DNA from: Muribaculaceae bacterium
GTDB lineage: Bacteria; Bacteroidota; Bacteroidia; Bacteroidales; Muribaculaceae
Direction: 5' to 3'
Length of the DNA stretch: 64,000 nt
Assembly: GCA_017621055.1 (NCBI GenBank)
Contig: JAGATX010000027.1
Span: forward strand, 27,551-91,550
Numbering within the stretch: the first letter of the stretch is position 1; each line of letters starts with the position of its first letter. Positions 19,456 through 28,691 of this stretch are shown here, in pieces. The position numbers and the translations under genes are program-made. The notes beneath the pieces are model-generated. The model was given only the letters and a program-made list of their open reading frames with translations. It did no database searches and had not been told where the DNA came from.

Positions 19456-19545
19456 TTTTTTCTTTTGCCGTTCTTTACGGCCAACAAAAGTAATCATTTT
19501 TTGTCAATTGAGCAAAAATGCGTATCTTTGCCCCCACAAAAGGCC

Positions 19546-19629
19546 GCCCGAATGGTGGAATGGTAGACACGAGGGACTTAAAATCCCTTGGCCATAGCGG
19601 CTGTGCGGGTTCGAGTCCCGCTTCGGGCA
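19546..19629 (+). tRNA. tRNA-Leu(TAA)
   Basis: Acceptor stem GCCCGAA/TTCGGGC, anticodon arm AGGGA-CTTAAAA-TCCCT, long variable arm. Promoter TATCTTTG at 19523-19530. Confidence 0.96.
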
Positions 19630-19638
19630 CTTTTTTTT

Positions 19639-19686
19639 AATGCAGAATGCATAATTTTAATTTATAATGCGCAATGAGGAATTGGG
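19639..19686. repeat. 7-nt-period AT-rich tandem repeat
   Basis: AATGCAG AATGCAT AATTTT AATTTAT AATGCGC AATGAGG AATTGGG. Confidence 0.6.
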
Positions 19687-19782
19687 GGTGACTTTTTTCC
19701 TCAATTAATGTACATCGTTTCGGATATTTTTGGCACGTTGAAGAAAAATCACTAAATTTGCAGCGTTACTAAGAGCTCTTTC

Positions 19783-20838
19783 ATGCGAAACACATTCTTA
19801 ACCATCGTTCTCGTACTTGCCGCCCTTGCCGCAGGTATTCCTTGCCGTGCCGAATCAGGCCGCAAAGTGCAGGTTGCCGGCATAGCTTTCTATAACTTCG
19901 AAAACCTCTTCGACACCATCGCCAACAATCCCGAAGGCCGCGACCTCGAGTTCACCCCCGGGGGCACGCGCCAGTGGGACGGCCGTAAATACCGCGAGAA
20001 GGTGCACAATCTGGCATATGCCATCTCGCAGTTCAAGACGCGCACCACACCCTACGGGCCTGCCATAATAGGCGTGAGCGAAATCGAAAACCGCTCCGTT
20101 ATGGAAGATGTGATAAACCAGCCGGAACTTCGCGACCTCAATCTGCGCATCGTGCACCATGACTCGCCCGACGCCCGCGGCGTGGATGTGGGCATGATCT
20201 ACAATCCCCGCTACTTCCGCGTGAGCAACGTCACCAACCACCGCCTCACCGCCGTGCCTTTCCGCACGCGCGACCAGATGTGCGTTGTCGGCAGCCTGCT
20301 CGGCCAGCCGATAGCAGTGATTGTCAACCACTGGCCCTCTCGTCTGGGCGGCCAGGAGCGCTCCGAGCCCAACCGCATGGCCGCCGCCGCTCTCAGCAAG
20401 GCCATTGCCGACTCTCTCTGGCAGGTGAACCCTGACATGGGGGTAATCATAATGGGCGACCTTAACGACGACCCCATGGACCGCAGCTGTGCCGAAGTGC
20501 TCGGCGCCGCCCGCGACCCCGAGGGCGTCGAGGCGCACGCTTTCTACAACCCCTGGTGGCGCATTCTCGACCGCGGCATAGGCACCCTCGCATACCGCTC
20601 CGCATGGAACCTCTTCGACCAGATCATTATCTCCGGCAACCTCATAGGCCAGCCCGAGGACAAATGGAACTTCTACGAAGCCAAGGTCCTCAACTTCGAT
20701 TTCCTGCGCGACACCGAAGGCAACCGCGTGGGATATCCGCACCGTACCTACTCGGCCGGCAGCTATCTCGGCGGTTACTCCGACCACTTCCCCACCGAAA
20801 TATTCCTTCGCCGCTATGTGGAGGGTGCGAACCGTTAA
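19783..20838 (+). CDS. Exported endonuclease/exonuclease/phosphatase (EEP) family protein
   Basis: Signal peptide, FYNFENLFDT, GVSEIEN, VNHWPSR, MGDLNDDP, FDQII, GGYSDHFP. Promoter TAAATTTG at 19753-19760. Confidence 0.9.
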   Translation: MRNTFLTIVLVLAALAAGIPCRAESGRKVQVAGIAFYNFENLFDTIANNPEGRDLEFTPGGTRQWDGRKYREKVHNLAYAISQFKTRTTPYGPAIIGVSEIENRSVMEDVINQPELRDLNLRIVHHDSPDARGVDVGMIYNPRYFRVSNVTNHRLTAVPFRTRDQMCVVGSLLGQPIAVIVNHWPSRLGGQERSEPNRMAAAALSKAIADSLWQVNPDMGVIIMGDLNDDPMDRSCAEVLGAARDPEGVEAHAFYNPWWRILDRGIGTLAYRSAWNLFDQIIISGNLIGQPEDKWNFYEAKVLNFDFLRDTEGNRVGYPHRTYSAGSYLGGYSDHFPTEIFLRRYVEGANR

Positions 20839-20892
20839 ATCATCGCATTAAATAACAAATACCAATAACCCTTTAATTAAACCAAGCAACGT

Positions 20893-22521
20893 ATGAATAA
20901 ACTTCTACTCTGCCTTGCCGGCGCCGCTCTTGCTGTCAGCGCCAGCGCTACCGAGGTTACGTTCAACTTCGCCAATCCGTCGTCGTTCGGCGTCACCGCT
21001 CCCGAACCCGAGAAGGCCTCAGTTGTCGAAAGCTTCACCTCCAACGGCATCTCCGTTGTCATCGAACAGGGCACAGGCTTCAAGCCCGGTCAGGAACTGC
21101 GCTTCTTCACCAGCAAAGCCGGCGCCACCGACTTCCGCTGCTCCGCAGCAGGCGGCGCCCTCGGCCACAAGATGACAGTGACCAGCACCAACGGCGAAAA
21201 CATCAACCAGATTGTCTTCACCGGCTCAACAGCCTTCACCGCCACTCCCGGCACCTATAACAACGACCAGAAGACCTGGGGCGGCGACGCTGCTTCGGTA
21301 ACATTCACCACCACCGGTCAGGTTAAACTCACCGAGATGAAAGTCACCACCGGCCAGGGCGGCATCACTCCTCCCCCCGCCGAAAAGAACGTGATCTTCA
21401 GCGAAACATTCGCCAGCAGCCTCGGCGACTTCACCACCGATAACGTGACCATGCCCTCCGAGCTCACATACGTATGGAGCTTCGCCTCCGGCTATGGCGC
21501 CAAGGCTTCGGGTTATGTCGGCGGCACAAACTACGCCACTGAAGCATGGCTCATCTCGCCCGTGATCGATCTCGCCGGCGCTTCCGACGTTGAACTCACC
21601 TTCGACCACGCCACAAACTTCTTCGCCAGCGTAGACGCTGCCAAAGCCGAAGCTACCGCCTGGATCCGCGAGGAAGGCGGCCAGTGGGCACAGCTCAACT
21701 TCGAATATCCCGCCTCCATGAGCTGGACATTTGTCAGCGCCGGCACCATCGACATCAACAGCTATGCCGGCAAGAAAGTACAGCTCGGCTTCAAGTACAT
21801 CTCCACCGACGCCAAGGCCGGTACATGGGAAGTGAAGAACGTCACCGTCAAAGCAAACGGCGGCACAACGCCTCCCATACCTCCCATACCCCAGACCGAA
21901 GACTTCACCCTCGCCACCTCCATCACATCGGGTTCTGAATATGTATTCGTAGCCAACGGTCAGCTCGGCACCGCCATCGCCGAAAGCGCAGGCTACGGCC
22001 GCCTCACCCTTGTGGACGCCACAATCGAAGGCACAACCGTCAAAGCAGCTCCCGTTAACGCCATCACCATCACTGCCGAAGGCACCGGCTACACCCTCAA
22101 GGACAGCTACGGCCGCTATCTCGCCGTGGACGACAGCCACTTCACCTCCTTCCAGTGCTACACCGCCCTCAACGAGTTCACCACATGGAATGTAGCCTTC
22201 GACGGCTCCAACGTCATCTTCAGCGTTGACCGCACCAAAGACGGCGAAGACAAGCACATCGTCATCGCTGTCAGCAAAGGCGCACAGGGCACATGGTACA
22301 GCAATCTGGCACCTGCCGTCGTAGACGGTCTCACTGCCGGCACAGACTACATCCTTCCCAACATCTACGTCAAGGGTAGCACTGCCGTAAGCGACATCGT
22401 TGTCGACGCCGACGCTCCCGTGGAATACTACAATCTCCAGGGTATCCGCGTGGCCAACCCCGAAAACGGTATCTACATCCGTCGCCAGGGCAACTCCGTA
22501 AGCAAAGTTTACGTCCGCTAA
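20893..22521 (+). CDS. Secreted surface protein with a choice-of-anchor J / DUF5017-like domain and T9SS-type C-terminal tail
   Basis: Signal peptide, FSETFASSLGDF..EAWLISPVIDL..LGFKYIS..GTWEVKN domain, Pro linkers, tail YYNLQGIRVANPENGIYIRRQGNSVSKVYVR. Confidence 0.75.
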   Translation: MNKLLLCLAGAALAVSASATEVTFNFANPSSFGVTAPEPEKASVVESFTSNGISVVIEQGTGFKPGQELRFFTSKAGATDFRCSAAGGALGHKMTVTSTNGENINQIVFTGSTAFTATPGTYNNDQKTWGGDAASVTFTTTGQVKLTEMKVTTGQGGITPPPAEKNVIFSETFASSLGDFTTDNVTMPSELTYVWSFASGYGAKASGYVGGTNYATEAWLISPVIDLAGASDVELTFDHATNFFASVDAAKAEATAWIREEGGQWAQLNFEYPASMSWTFVSAGTIDINSYAGKKVQLGFKYISTDAKAGTWEVKNVTVKANGGTTPPIPPIPQTEDFTLATSITSGSEYVFVANGQLGTAIAESAGYGRLTLVDATIEGTTVKAAPVNAITITAEGTGYTLKDSYGRYLAVDDSHFTSFQCYTALNEFTTWNVAFDGSNVIFSVDRTKDGEDKHIVIAVSKGAQGTWYSNLAPAVVDGLTAGTDYILPNIYVKGSTAVSDIVVDADAPVEYYNLQGIRVANPENGIYIRRQGNSVSKVYVR

Positions 22522-22540
22522 ACTTCATCTTCCGAATATC

Positions 22541-22574
22541 AAAGCCGCTGCCTGGCCGGGCAGCGGCTTTTTTT
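22541..22574 (+). terminator. Intrinsic terminator
   Basis: AAAGCCGCTGCC-tggccg-GGCAGCGGCTTT followed by TTTT. Confidence 0.85.
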
Positions 22575-22699
22575 CGTCCAGTTCCGCCGAAGTGCTTCAA
22601 GACGCGCGAGCAGGTGCCCGGTACTCTATCGAGGGTATTTTGCGGGCAGGGGAATTTTTGTAATTTTGCAGTGCCAAATCCGACATTTTCCGCAATGTT

Positions 22700-23650
22700 A
22701 TGAAAGAGAGACTCGAAGCCGGACGTCGCATGCGCGAGCTGATACGGCAGGAGCCGTCGTTGCTGATGGTTCTTCGCCGTTTCGGCATCTCGCTGGGTTT
22801 CGGCAACGCTACCGCCGACGAAGTATGCCGCACCAGCGGCGTCGATACCGGCACTTTTCTTGCCGTCGCCAATTTTGTATGCGGCCGCCCCTATGCTGAC
22901 TTTGCCGTAAGTCTGCCCGAACTGATACGCTATCTCAAGAAATCCCACGATTATTTTCTTGAATTCGCTCTGCCGGCCATACGCCGTCGCCTCCTCGAGG
23001 CCGTGCCTGTGAGCGGTGCCGACGGCGTGGGCATGCTCCTGCTGAGGTATCTCGACGACTATATCGGCGAGGAACGTACGCACATGGAGTACGAGAACAG
23101 CAGGCTCTTTCCATATGTGAAATCGCTCCTCGAGGGAATGGCGGCCGACGATTTCAGCCTTGCCGAATTCTCGGCGAGCCATGCACCCTTGGCCCCCAAA
23201 CTCGAGGAACTCAAGGAAATCTTCGTCAGCCACTACCGCGGCAGCGGAAACGAGGAGCTGGTCAATGCCGTGCTATTCGATATCATCACCTGCGAGAACG
23301 ACCTGATGAGCCATTGCCGTCTGGAGGACCGTCTTTTCGTGCCGGCCGTGGAGGACTACCGCGAGAACCTGCCGGCAGCGGACCGCGCCGACGAAACCGC
23401 CTCCGGCGCTCCGGAGGACCCCGCTCTCACCGCCCGCGAGACGGAGATCGTGCGGTGCAGAGCCCGCGGTTTGAGCAACAAGGAGATAGCCGCTAAGTTA
23501 TTTGTATCGATCCACACCGTCACCACCCATAGGCGCAACATATGTGCCAAACTCGACATCCATTCGGCATCGGCGCTCACCATCTACGCCATAATCCACC
23601 GCCTTGTAGAGCTCAGCGAACTACGCGCTCCCCGTATAAGTGATGAGTGA
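22700..23650 (+). CDS. ScdA/hemerythrin-like domain plus LuxR HTH transcriptional regulator
   Basis: Reads on the PLUS strand (ATG AAA GAG AGA at 22700, TGA at 23648-23650); the ORF track strand is wrong. His/Glu ligand pattern (SHDY, HMEYEN, SH, HCRLED), LuxR motif LTARETEI..GLSNKEIAAKLFVSIHTVTTHRRNI. Promoter TAATTTTG at 22661-22668. Confidence 0.85.
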   Translation: MKERLEAGRRMRELIRQEPSLLMVLRRFGISLGFGNATADEVCRTSGVDTGTFLAVANFVCGRPYADFAVSLPELIRYLKKSHDYFLEFALPAIRRRLLEAVPVSGADGVGMLLLRYLDDYIGEERTHMEYENSRLFPYVKSLLEGMAADDFSLAEFSASHAPLAPKLEELKEIFVSHYRGSGNEELVNAVLFDIITCENDLMSHCRLEDRLFVPAVEDYRENLPAADRADETASGAPEDPALTARETEIVRCRARGLSNKEIAAKLFVSIHTVTTHRRNICAKLDIHSASALTIYAIIHRLVELSELRAPRISDE

Positions 23651-23729
23651 TGAATGGGCGGACGGCAGTCAACCGACAACTTATATAAGGATGAGCTTCA
23701 AGTTTCGGCGTTGCCGAAATTTGATTGGA

Positions 23730-24152
23730 TTATGACAGGCGGTTGCGCCAGAGGTCGCTGATGGGTACGGGGCTGCCGGTGGCGGGGTCGAACTGCACCA
23801 TTACGGTGGTGACGATGGCATGGACGTCGCCCCCGGCGCCGACAATGCGTTGCTCCACCGTCAGCGACGTGTGGCCGATGTGGGTAACGGCCGTAAGCAC
23901 CTCTATTTCATCGTTCATAAATGTCTGGGCATAGAAATCGCACTTTATGCTCGCAATCACCAGACCCAGAGCCGCCGGGTTGAACGGCTCGTCCATTTTT
24001 TCGGTGAAAAAGGCGAATTTGGCGGTGTCGGCATACTGCAGATATGCGCCGTTGTTGACGTGGCCGAACATATCGATGTCGGCGAAGCGTTTCTGTATCT
24101 TTGTGCGGTGCCGGAAAGGTACCGTCGGCTGTGGTACTCGCGGGTTGTTCAT
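23730..24152 (-). CDS. Acyl-CoA thioesterase (4HBT/YbgC family)
   Basis: RFADIDMFGHVNNGAYLQY hot-dog fold motif. Start trimmed to MNNPR. Confidence 0.9.
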   Translation of the reverse strand: MNNPRVPQPTVPFRHRTKIQKRFADIDMFGHVNNGAYLQYADTAKFAFFTEKMDEPFNPAALGLVIASIKCDFYAQTFMNDEIEVLTAVTHIGHTSLTVEQRIVGAGGDVHAIVTTVMVQFDPATGSPVPISDLWRNRLS

Positions 24153-24442
24153 CAGTGAATTACTATGTTGGTTATAATTTCGTCGCCCACGGCGGAGTTG
24201 AGGCGTGGCACCAGGGCCTCGCGGGCATAGCCCAGCTCCTCTTTCAGCGCCGGCGAGGTGATGTAGACGTGGAGGGTGTTGTCGGCGACGACAGCTCTCC
24301 GTGTGTACGCCGCGATGTTCGGTCCTACAACCTGCGCCCACGCCGCGGCGAGGCTCTGCCGCTTGTACTGAGGCATTATGCCGGTGCGGGCGAACATATC
24401 GTCGATGATGGCACCGAGCGACTTGGGTTCTTTGCGTATCAT
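24152..24442 (-). CDS. DUF721 / DciA family protein
   Basis: AWAQVVGPNIA..LHVYITSPALKEEL motif, directly after recF. Confidence 0.85.
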   Translation of the reverse strand: MIRKEPKSLGAIIDDMFARTGIMPQYKRQSLAAAWAQVVGPNIAAYTRRAVVADNTLHVYITSPALKEELGYAREALVPRLNSAVGDEIITNIVIH

Positions 24443-25569
24443 TGCCCGTTACTGTGAGGTTCTACATCGTCGAGAAGAGTGAAATTGCCGTCGGACACGC
24501 TCCAGAGGCGTGCCGGAGCGCCGCTGCCGGCTATTTCTCCCACAATCTCGTCGAGATGCGCGCGGTTGGTGTCGGTGATGAAAATCTGGCCGTAATCGCC
24601 GCTGCCCACAAGGCGCACAATTGCCGCCACACGCCGCGAATCGAGTTTGTCGAAGATATCGTCGAGCAGCAACAGCGGCGAGATGCCCATGCGGCGGTGC
24701 AACAGACTGTGCTGCGCCAGACGCAGCGCCGTGGTGTATGTCTTTGCCTGACCCTGCGAGGCCACACGGCGCACAGGAGCGTCACCTATGAGCATCTCCA
24801 CTTCGTCGCGGTGCGGACCTGCGGTTGTGAAGCCGGCGGCGCGGTCGCGGGCGCGGCGGGCGCTCCACGGCGTTGTCTCGTCAGGGAGTATCGACGGACG
24901 ATAGGTTATCCCGGGCACTTCGGTGGCGCCGGCTATGGCGGCATAGGTAGCCGCGAAGAGTGGCCGCAGATTCTCCACCACGCGGCGTCGCCCCTCGGTA
25001 ATAATAGTAGCAGCGGCCTCCATCTGCAGCTCTATGGCATCGAACAGTGCGCCGTCGGCCATGGTGTCGGCCTTGAGCAGACGGTTGCGCTGCATCAGCG
25101 CCTGACCATAGCGCTGCAGGGCATCGAGAAACCGCGGTTCGCTCTGCGCCGCTATCTGGTCGAGAAATCGGCGGCGCTCGCCGGCCTCGCCACTCACAAG
25201 TTCCATGTCGGCGGGCGATACGAGGACGAGCGGGAACAGGCCGATATGGTCGGCGAGGCGCCCATACTCCTTTCCTCCTCGCTTGAGGCTTTTGCGGCGC
25301 CCCGGCCGAAGCACTGCGGCGATATCCTCGTCGGCACCGCGCCGCCGGTAGTCGCCGCGCAGCATGGCGAATTCGTCGCCCCGGCGTATCAGGGCGCTGT
25401 CGGCAAGTCCGCTGAAACTCCGGCAGTAACTCAGCACATAGAGGGCGTCGAGAAGGTTGCTCTTACCCATGCCGTTGTCGCCCAGCAGGCAGTTGATGCG
25501 CGGCGAGAACTCGAGCGATGCGCCCGCTATGTTTTTAAATCCGGTGAGGGTAAGGCGCTTTACTATCAT
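24439..25569 (-). CDS. recF: DNA replication and repair protein RecF
   Basis: GDNGMGKSNLLDA (Walker A), SQGQ signature, LLLDDIFDKLD. Confidence 0.95.
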   Translation of the reverse strand: MIVKRLTLTGFKNIAGASLEFSPRINCLLGDNGMGKSNLLDALYVLSYCRSFSGLADSALIRRGDEFAMLRGDYRRRGADEDIAAVLRPGRRKSLKRGGKEYGRLADHIGLFPLVLVSPADMELVSGEAGERRRFLDQIAAQSEPRFLDALQRYGQALMQRNRLLKADTMADGALFDAIELQMEAAATIITEGRRRVVENLRPLFAATYAAIAGATEVPGITYRPSILPDETTPWSARRARDRAAGFTTAGPHRDEVEMLIGDAPVRRVASQGQAKTYTTALRLAQHSLLHRRMGISPLLLLDDIFDKLDSRRVAAIVRLVGSGDYGQIFITDTNRAHLDEIVGEIAGSGAPARLWSVSDGNFTLLDDVEPHSNGQ

Positions 25570-26381
25570 TCGGCGCGGTTGAAGAACTCATTGAAGAACA
25601 GCAGGTGATAAAGCACCGAGTTGTTCCAGTATCCCCAGCTGTGGCGCCCGGGACGCGACGTATAGTCGTGAGGCACGCCGGCCTCCTGGAGCGCACGGTG
25701 CAGGTTGTTGTTCACCTCGGCAAAGAAATCGTCGACGCCGCAGTCGAAGGTTATGGCCAGATCGGCGGCCTTGATGGCATCGATGTTAGCGGCTGCGGTC
25801 ACGGCATCCCATGCCGCAGCGTTCTCTTCATAGGGGCCGAGGATGGTGGATATCTTCCAGTTATTTGGAAACGGACGGATGTCGACACCGCCGCTCATGC
25901 TGCCCACGGCGCCGAATAGGTCGGGATGGCGCATTCCCAGCAGGAAGGCGCCGTGGCCGCCCATGCTCAGTCCCGTGACGGCGCGTTTGCTGCGGTCGGT
26001 GATTGTGGGATAGTGCGAGTCGATATAAGGCACCAAGGTGGAGGTGAAGAAAGTCTCGACCTGCTGGCCGGGGTTGCCCGGGGCATCGAGATACCATGAA
26101 TTTCCCACGCCGGGCATGACGATGACCATGCCGTAGCTGTCGGCGAGCTCGCCCAGGCGCGGCTGCTTGGCGTACCAGTTATATGCGTCGCCGCCATATC
26201 CGTGGAGAAGGTAGACGGTGGGATAACGTGTGGCCGTCGTTCCTGCGCCGTCAGGGGTGATGACTACTGCCGGCATACCGCCGTCGAAGCCCGCGCCTTC
26301 CACGCGGATTGTGTCTACGCCGAACGCCCATGCGCCCAGGGTGCATGCCGCCAATGCAAGAAGTGCAAAAATTCGTTTCAT
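25566..26381 (-). CDS. Exported esterase (alpha/beta hydrolase, putative esterase family)
   Basis: Signal peptide, YLLHG, GLSMGG nucleophile elbow, DCGVDDFF, PGRHSWGYW. Confidence 0.85.
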   Translation of the reverse strand: MKRIFALLALAACTLGAWAFGVDTIRVEGAGFDGGMPAVVITPDGAGTTATRYPTVYLLHGYGGDAYNWYAKQPRLGELADSYGMVIVMPGVGNSWYLDAPGNPGQQVETFFTSTLVPYIDSHYPTITDRSKRAVTGLSMGGHGAFLLGMRHPDLFGAVGSMSGGVDIRPFPNNWKISTILGPYEENAAAWDAVTAAANIDAIKAADLAITFDCGVDDFFAEVNNNLHRALQEAGVPHDYTSRPGRHSWGYWNNSVLYHLLFFNEFFNRAE

Positions 26382-26481
26382 TTTCGTTTAGGGTTTGTAG
26401 CCTGTTTGTTGCTCGATGAGTGCCACAAAGTTAATAAAATCTGGTCATAACGTTCCTGTTTCCGCCGCGAAAGGCGGGGCA

Positions 26482-27666
26482 TCAGTCCCAGGTGTATTTT
26501 TTCTGTTTGCCGAAGCGGGCGTGGATTTTGCCGTATAGACGGCGCAGGGGGTATGAGAGGGATAGCCAGGGGATTGTCAGCATGAGGTTCCGCGATTTGA
26601 GGGCAGCCATCTGCCGTCGCCATACCACGATGTCCAGTACAAACATGAGAACTACAAGCACGGTGCCGACGATTGCCGGCTCTACATTGGGCCACGAAAG
26701 CGCGGAGGCCGCCACGGCACAGCCTATGGCGGCAATCTGCAGCCAGCCTATGGCGCCGTGGACAAAGCGCGGACGCCGGCGGATGAAGCTCTCGGTGAAG
26801 AACCTGCGCAGTGTCCGCTCGGTAAACAGTCGGGGATGGTTGCCCTGACGGAGCCGGACGATAGAGTCGTCGCTGAGTTCGACAACGGTGTTGGCGCGGC
26901 GCGCCACCTGACTGATGAAGATATCGTCGTCACCATAATGGAGATTAAGCGAACTGGCAAAACCTTTGTTCCGCATAAACAGATCCTTGCGGTAGGCAAT
27001 GTTGTACTCGGTACCTCGGAAGGGCTTGCCGGCGATAGCCACACTGAGCCAGCGTGTGCTGTCGGCAACATAGTCGAAGGCGCGTCGGCGGCGGCCGTGG
27101 CGGTCATCCTCGTCGGGATCCACATATGCAAATCCTATCACCAGCTCCACGGGGCTGTCGCTGCCGAAAGGCCGCATCATGCGGCGCAGCCACTGCGTGG
27201 ACTCTATCTCTACGGCGGCGGTGGTGAGCGCCACCACGTCGTATCGCGCGGCCTTGATGCCGAGGGTGAGCGCAAGTTTCTTGCGACTTAGGTTAACCAC
27301 GCCCTGCGGCGTGAAAGTGAGGTAAAGGTTAGGATGGGAGGCGCGCAGGAGCGACACGGTGTCGCGCACGTCCACGCTCTCGCCGTCGTTGACCACTATA
27401 ACCTCGAATGCTGCGGGATAGTCCTGCTTCAGGAGCATGGGCAGCAATTCGGCCAGGCTCTCGCTCTCGCTTTGTGAATAGACGATGACCGACACCGGCA
27501 GGTAGTCGGCATCGGGCTTGTCGGGACGTTCGCTGTCGGCGCGCCGCCGGTATTCGGCCACGTTTCGCACGCGGAAAAAGAGGATGGCTGCCAGCAGCAG
27601 CGCGCACACGGCGGCGCCCACGAGCAGCCACATCGAAAGGGGGGATATATATGGCGATATATACAT
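26482..27666 (-). CDS. Glycosyltransferase family 2, membrane-bound
   Basis: N-terminal TM, FEVIVVNDG, SRKKLALTLGIKAA, GDDDIF, C-terminal TMs. Confidence 0.8.
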   Translation of the reverse strand: MYISPYISPLSMWLLVGAAVCALLLAAILFFRVRNVAEYRRRADSERPDKPDADYLPVSVIVYSQSESESLAELLPMLLKQDYPAAFEVIVVNDGESVDVRDTVSLLRASHPNLYLTFTPQGVVNLSRKKLALTLGIKAARYDVVALTTAAVEIESTQWLRRMMRPFGSDSPVELVIGFAYVDPDEDDRHGRRRRAFDYVADSTRWLSVAIAGKPFRGTEYNIAYRKDLFMRNKGFASSLNLHYGDDDIFISQVARRANTVVELSDDSIVRLRQGNHPRLFTERTLRRFFTESFIRRRPRFVHGAIGWLQIAAIGCAVAASALSWPNVEPAIVGTVLVVLMFVLDIVVWRRQMAALKSRNLMLTIPWLSLSYPLRRLYGKIHARFGKQKKYTWD

Positions 27667-27719
27667 TTTTCAGTTCGGGGTTTGCTGTTGCAAAATTAAC
27701 TATTTGCAATCAACTGGGC

Positions 27720-27770
27720 AAAAAAAATTTCGGCGCCGGCAACCCGTCGAGGAGCTGCCGGCGCCGAAAT
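27720..27770 (-). terminator. Intrinsic terminator after the DUF2807 gene
   Basis: 15-bp inverted arms ATTTCGGCGCCGGCA / TGCCGGCGCCGAAAT with an A-run on the plus strand. Confidence 0.8.
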
Positions 27771-27783
27771 ATGCAATCGGCTG

Positions 27784-28599
27784 TCAGCGGTTGGTTACCG
27801 AGCCGCCGGTGGTTTCGGAGCGCGACGTGAGTGTGGCGACATGGCAGTTTACGGAGCCTCCCGTTGTCGCCGCGGCCTCGCCGGTGGCGGCAACAAGGTC
27901 TGAGGCATTGACGCTGCCGCCTGTAGTTGCGCCAAAGTCCACGCTGCGTGCCGTGCCGGCAAGGGTGATGGTGGAGGCGGTGGTTGTCCGGGCCTCTACC
28001 TCGTCGGCGGTGAGGGAGGTTACGGAGATGGAGGCCGCGGTGGTTGCGCCGCCTTCGAATTCATCCGCGTAAAGAGCCGTTATGCTCACGCTTGCGGCCG
28101 TGGTGGTCTTGACCTCCACATCGCGGGCACGGAGAGCGCCAACGGTGATGACTGCGGAGGTTGTGGCGTCGAATTCCACATCGCCGTGGACGCTGAGACT
28201 GTCGATCACCACCCGTCCGGCCAGAGTGGCTGTCACCTCGTCGAGCGCAGGCGACGATACTGTTACCGTTACTCCCAGAGTATCGTGAAAGTTCACATTA
28301 TAGCCGCGGTCGATTTCGGCACGGAGGGTGCCGCCGTTGACGGCAACACGCACATGCGGCAGCACATTGTCGGGTGCGTCGATACGGACGGCGGAAACAG
28401 GCCCCTGACTATACACAACATTCACTCTCGAAGCCTCGATTTCGTGGAAGTCACCCACTGTTTCAGTGCGCGAGGCCATTGTCGACGAAGCGCCGATTTC
28501 GTGACGGGCGTCCGATAAATTCACATTGTGTGAGCCGGCGGTGCATGAGCCGGCGGCAAACATTGCGGCGACTGCCGCCAGAAGTACGGTTCTTTTCAT
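27784..28599 (-). CDS. DUF2807 / head GIN domain lipoprotein
   Basis: Lipobox-like AGSC, VGDFHEIEAS, about 19-aa beta-helix repeats (TTAAS...). Confidence 0.8.
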   Translation of the reverse strand: MKRTVLLAAVAAMFAAGSCTAGSHNVNLSDARHEIGASSTMASRTETVGDFHEIEASRVNVVYSQGPVSAVRIDAPDNVLPHVRVAVNGGTLRAEIDRGYNVNFHDTLGVTVTVSSPALDEVTATLAGRVVIDSLSVHGDVEFDATTSAVITVGALRARDVEVKTTTAASVSITALYADEFEGGATTAASISVTSLTADEVEARTTTASTITLAGTARSVDFGATTGGSVNASDLVAATGEAAATTGGSVNCHVATLTSRSETTGGSVTNR

Positions 28600-28691
28600 A
28601 AGCGTAGGTTTTCGTTTTTAACAATAGACGCACTAAAGAACCATAATGTTACACCCACAGGCCATTTTTACGCCTCTCCGGTAAAAAAACG

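Noticed and set aside
13439-19629. Invertible segment bounded by the two oppositely oriented tRNA-Leu genes
   Set aside because: Similarity is limited to generic tRNA positions, and no recombinase is present.
22700-23650. ORF track lists the LuxR/hemerythrin protein on the minus strand
   Set aside because: The plus strand reads ATG AAA GAG AGA CTC (MKERL) at 22700 and ends with TGA at 23648-23650, with a plus-strand promoter at 22661. The label is wrong, so there is no antisense promoter here.
23700-27770. Shared TTTCGGC...GCCGAAA arms in hairpins at about 23702 and 27727 as a REP family
   Set aside because: Only two instances with 7-bp identity, both explained as terminators.
27784-28200. 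About 57-bp periodic repeats in the DUF2807 gene
   Set aside because: Ordinary beta-helix coding repeats of this family; not CRISPR or a VNTR.
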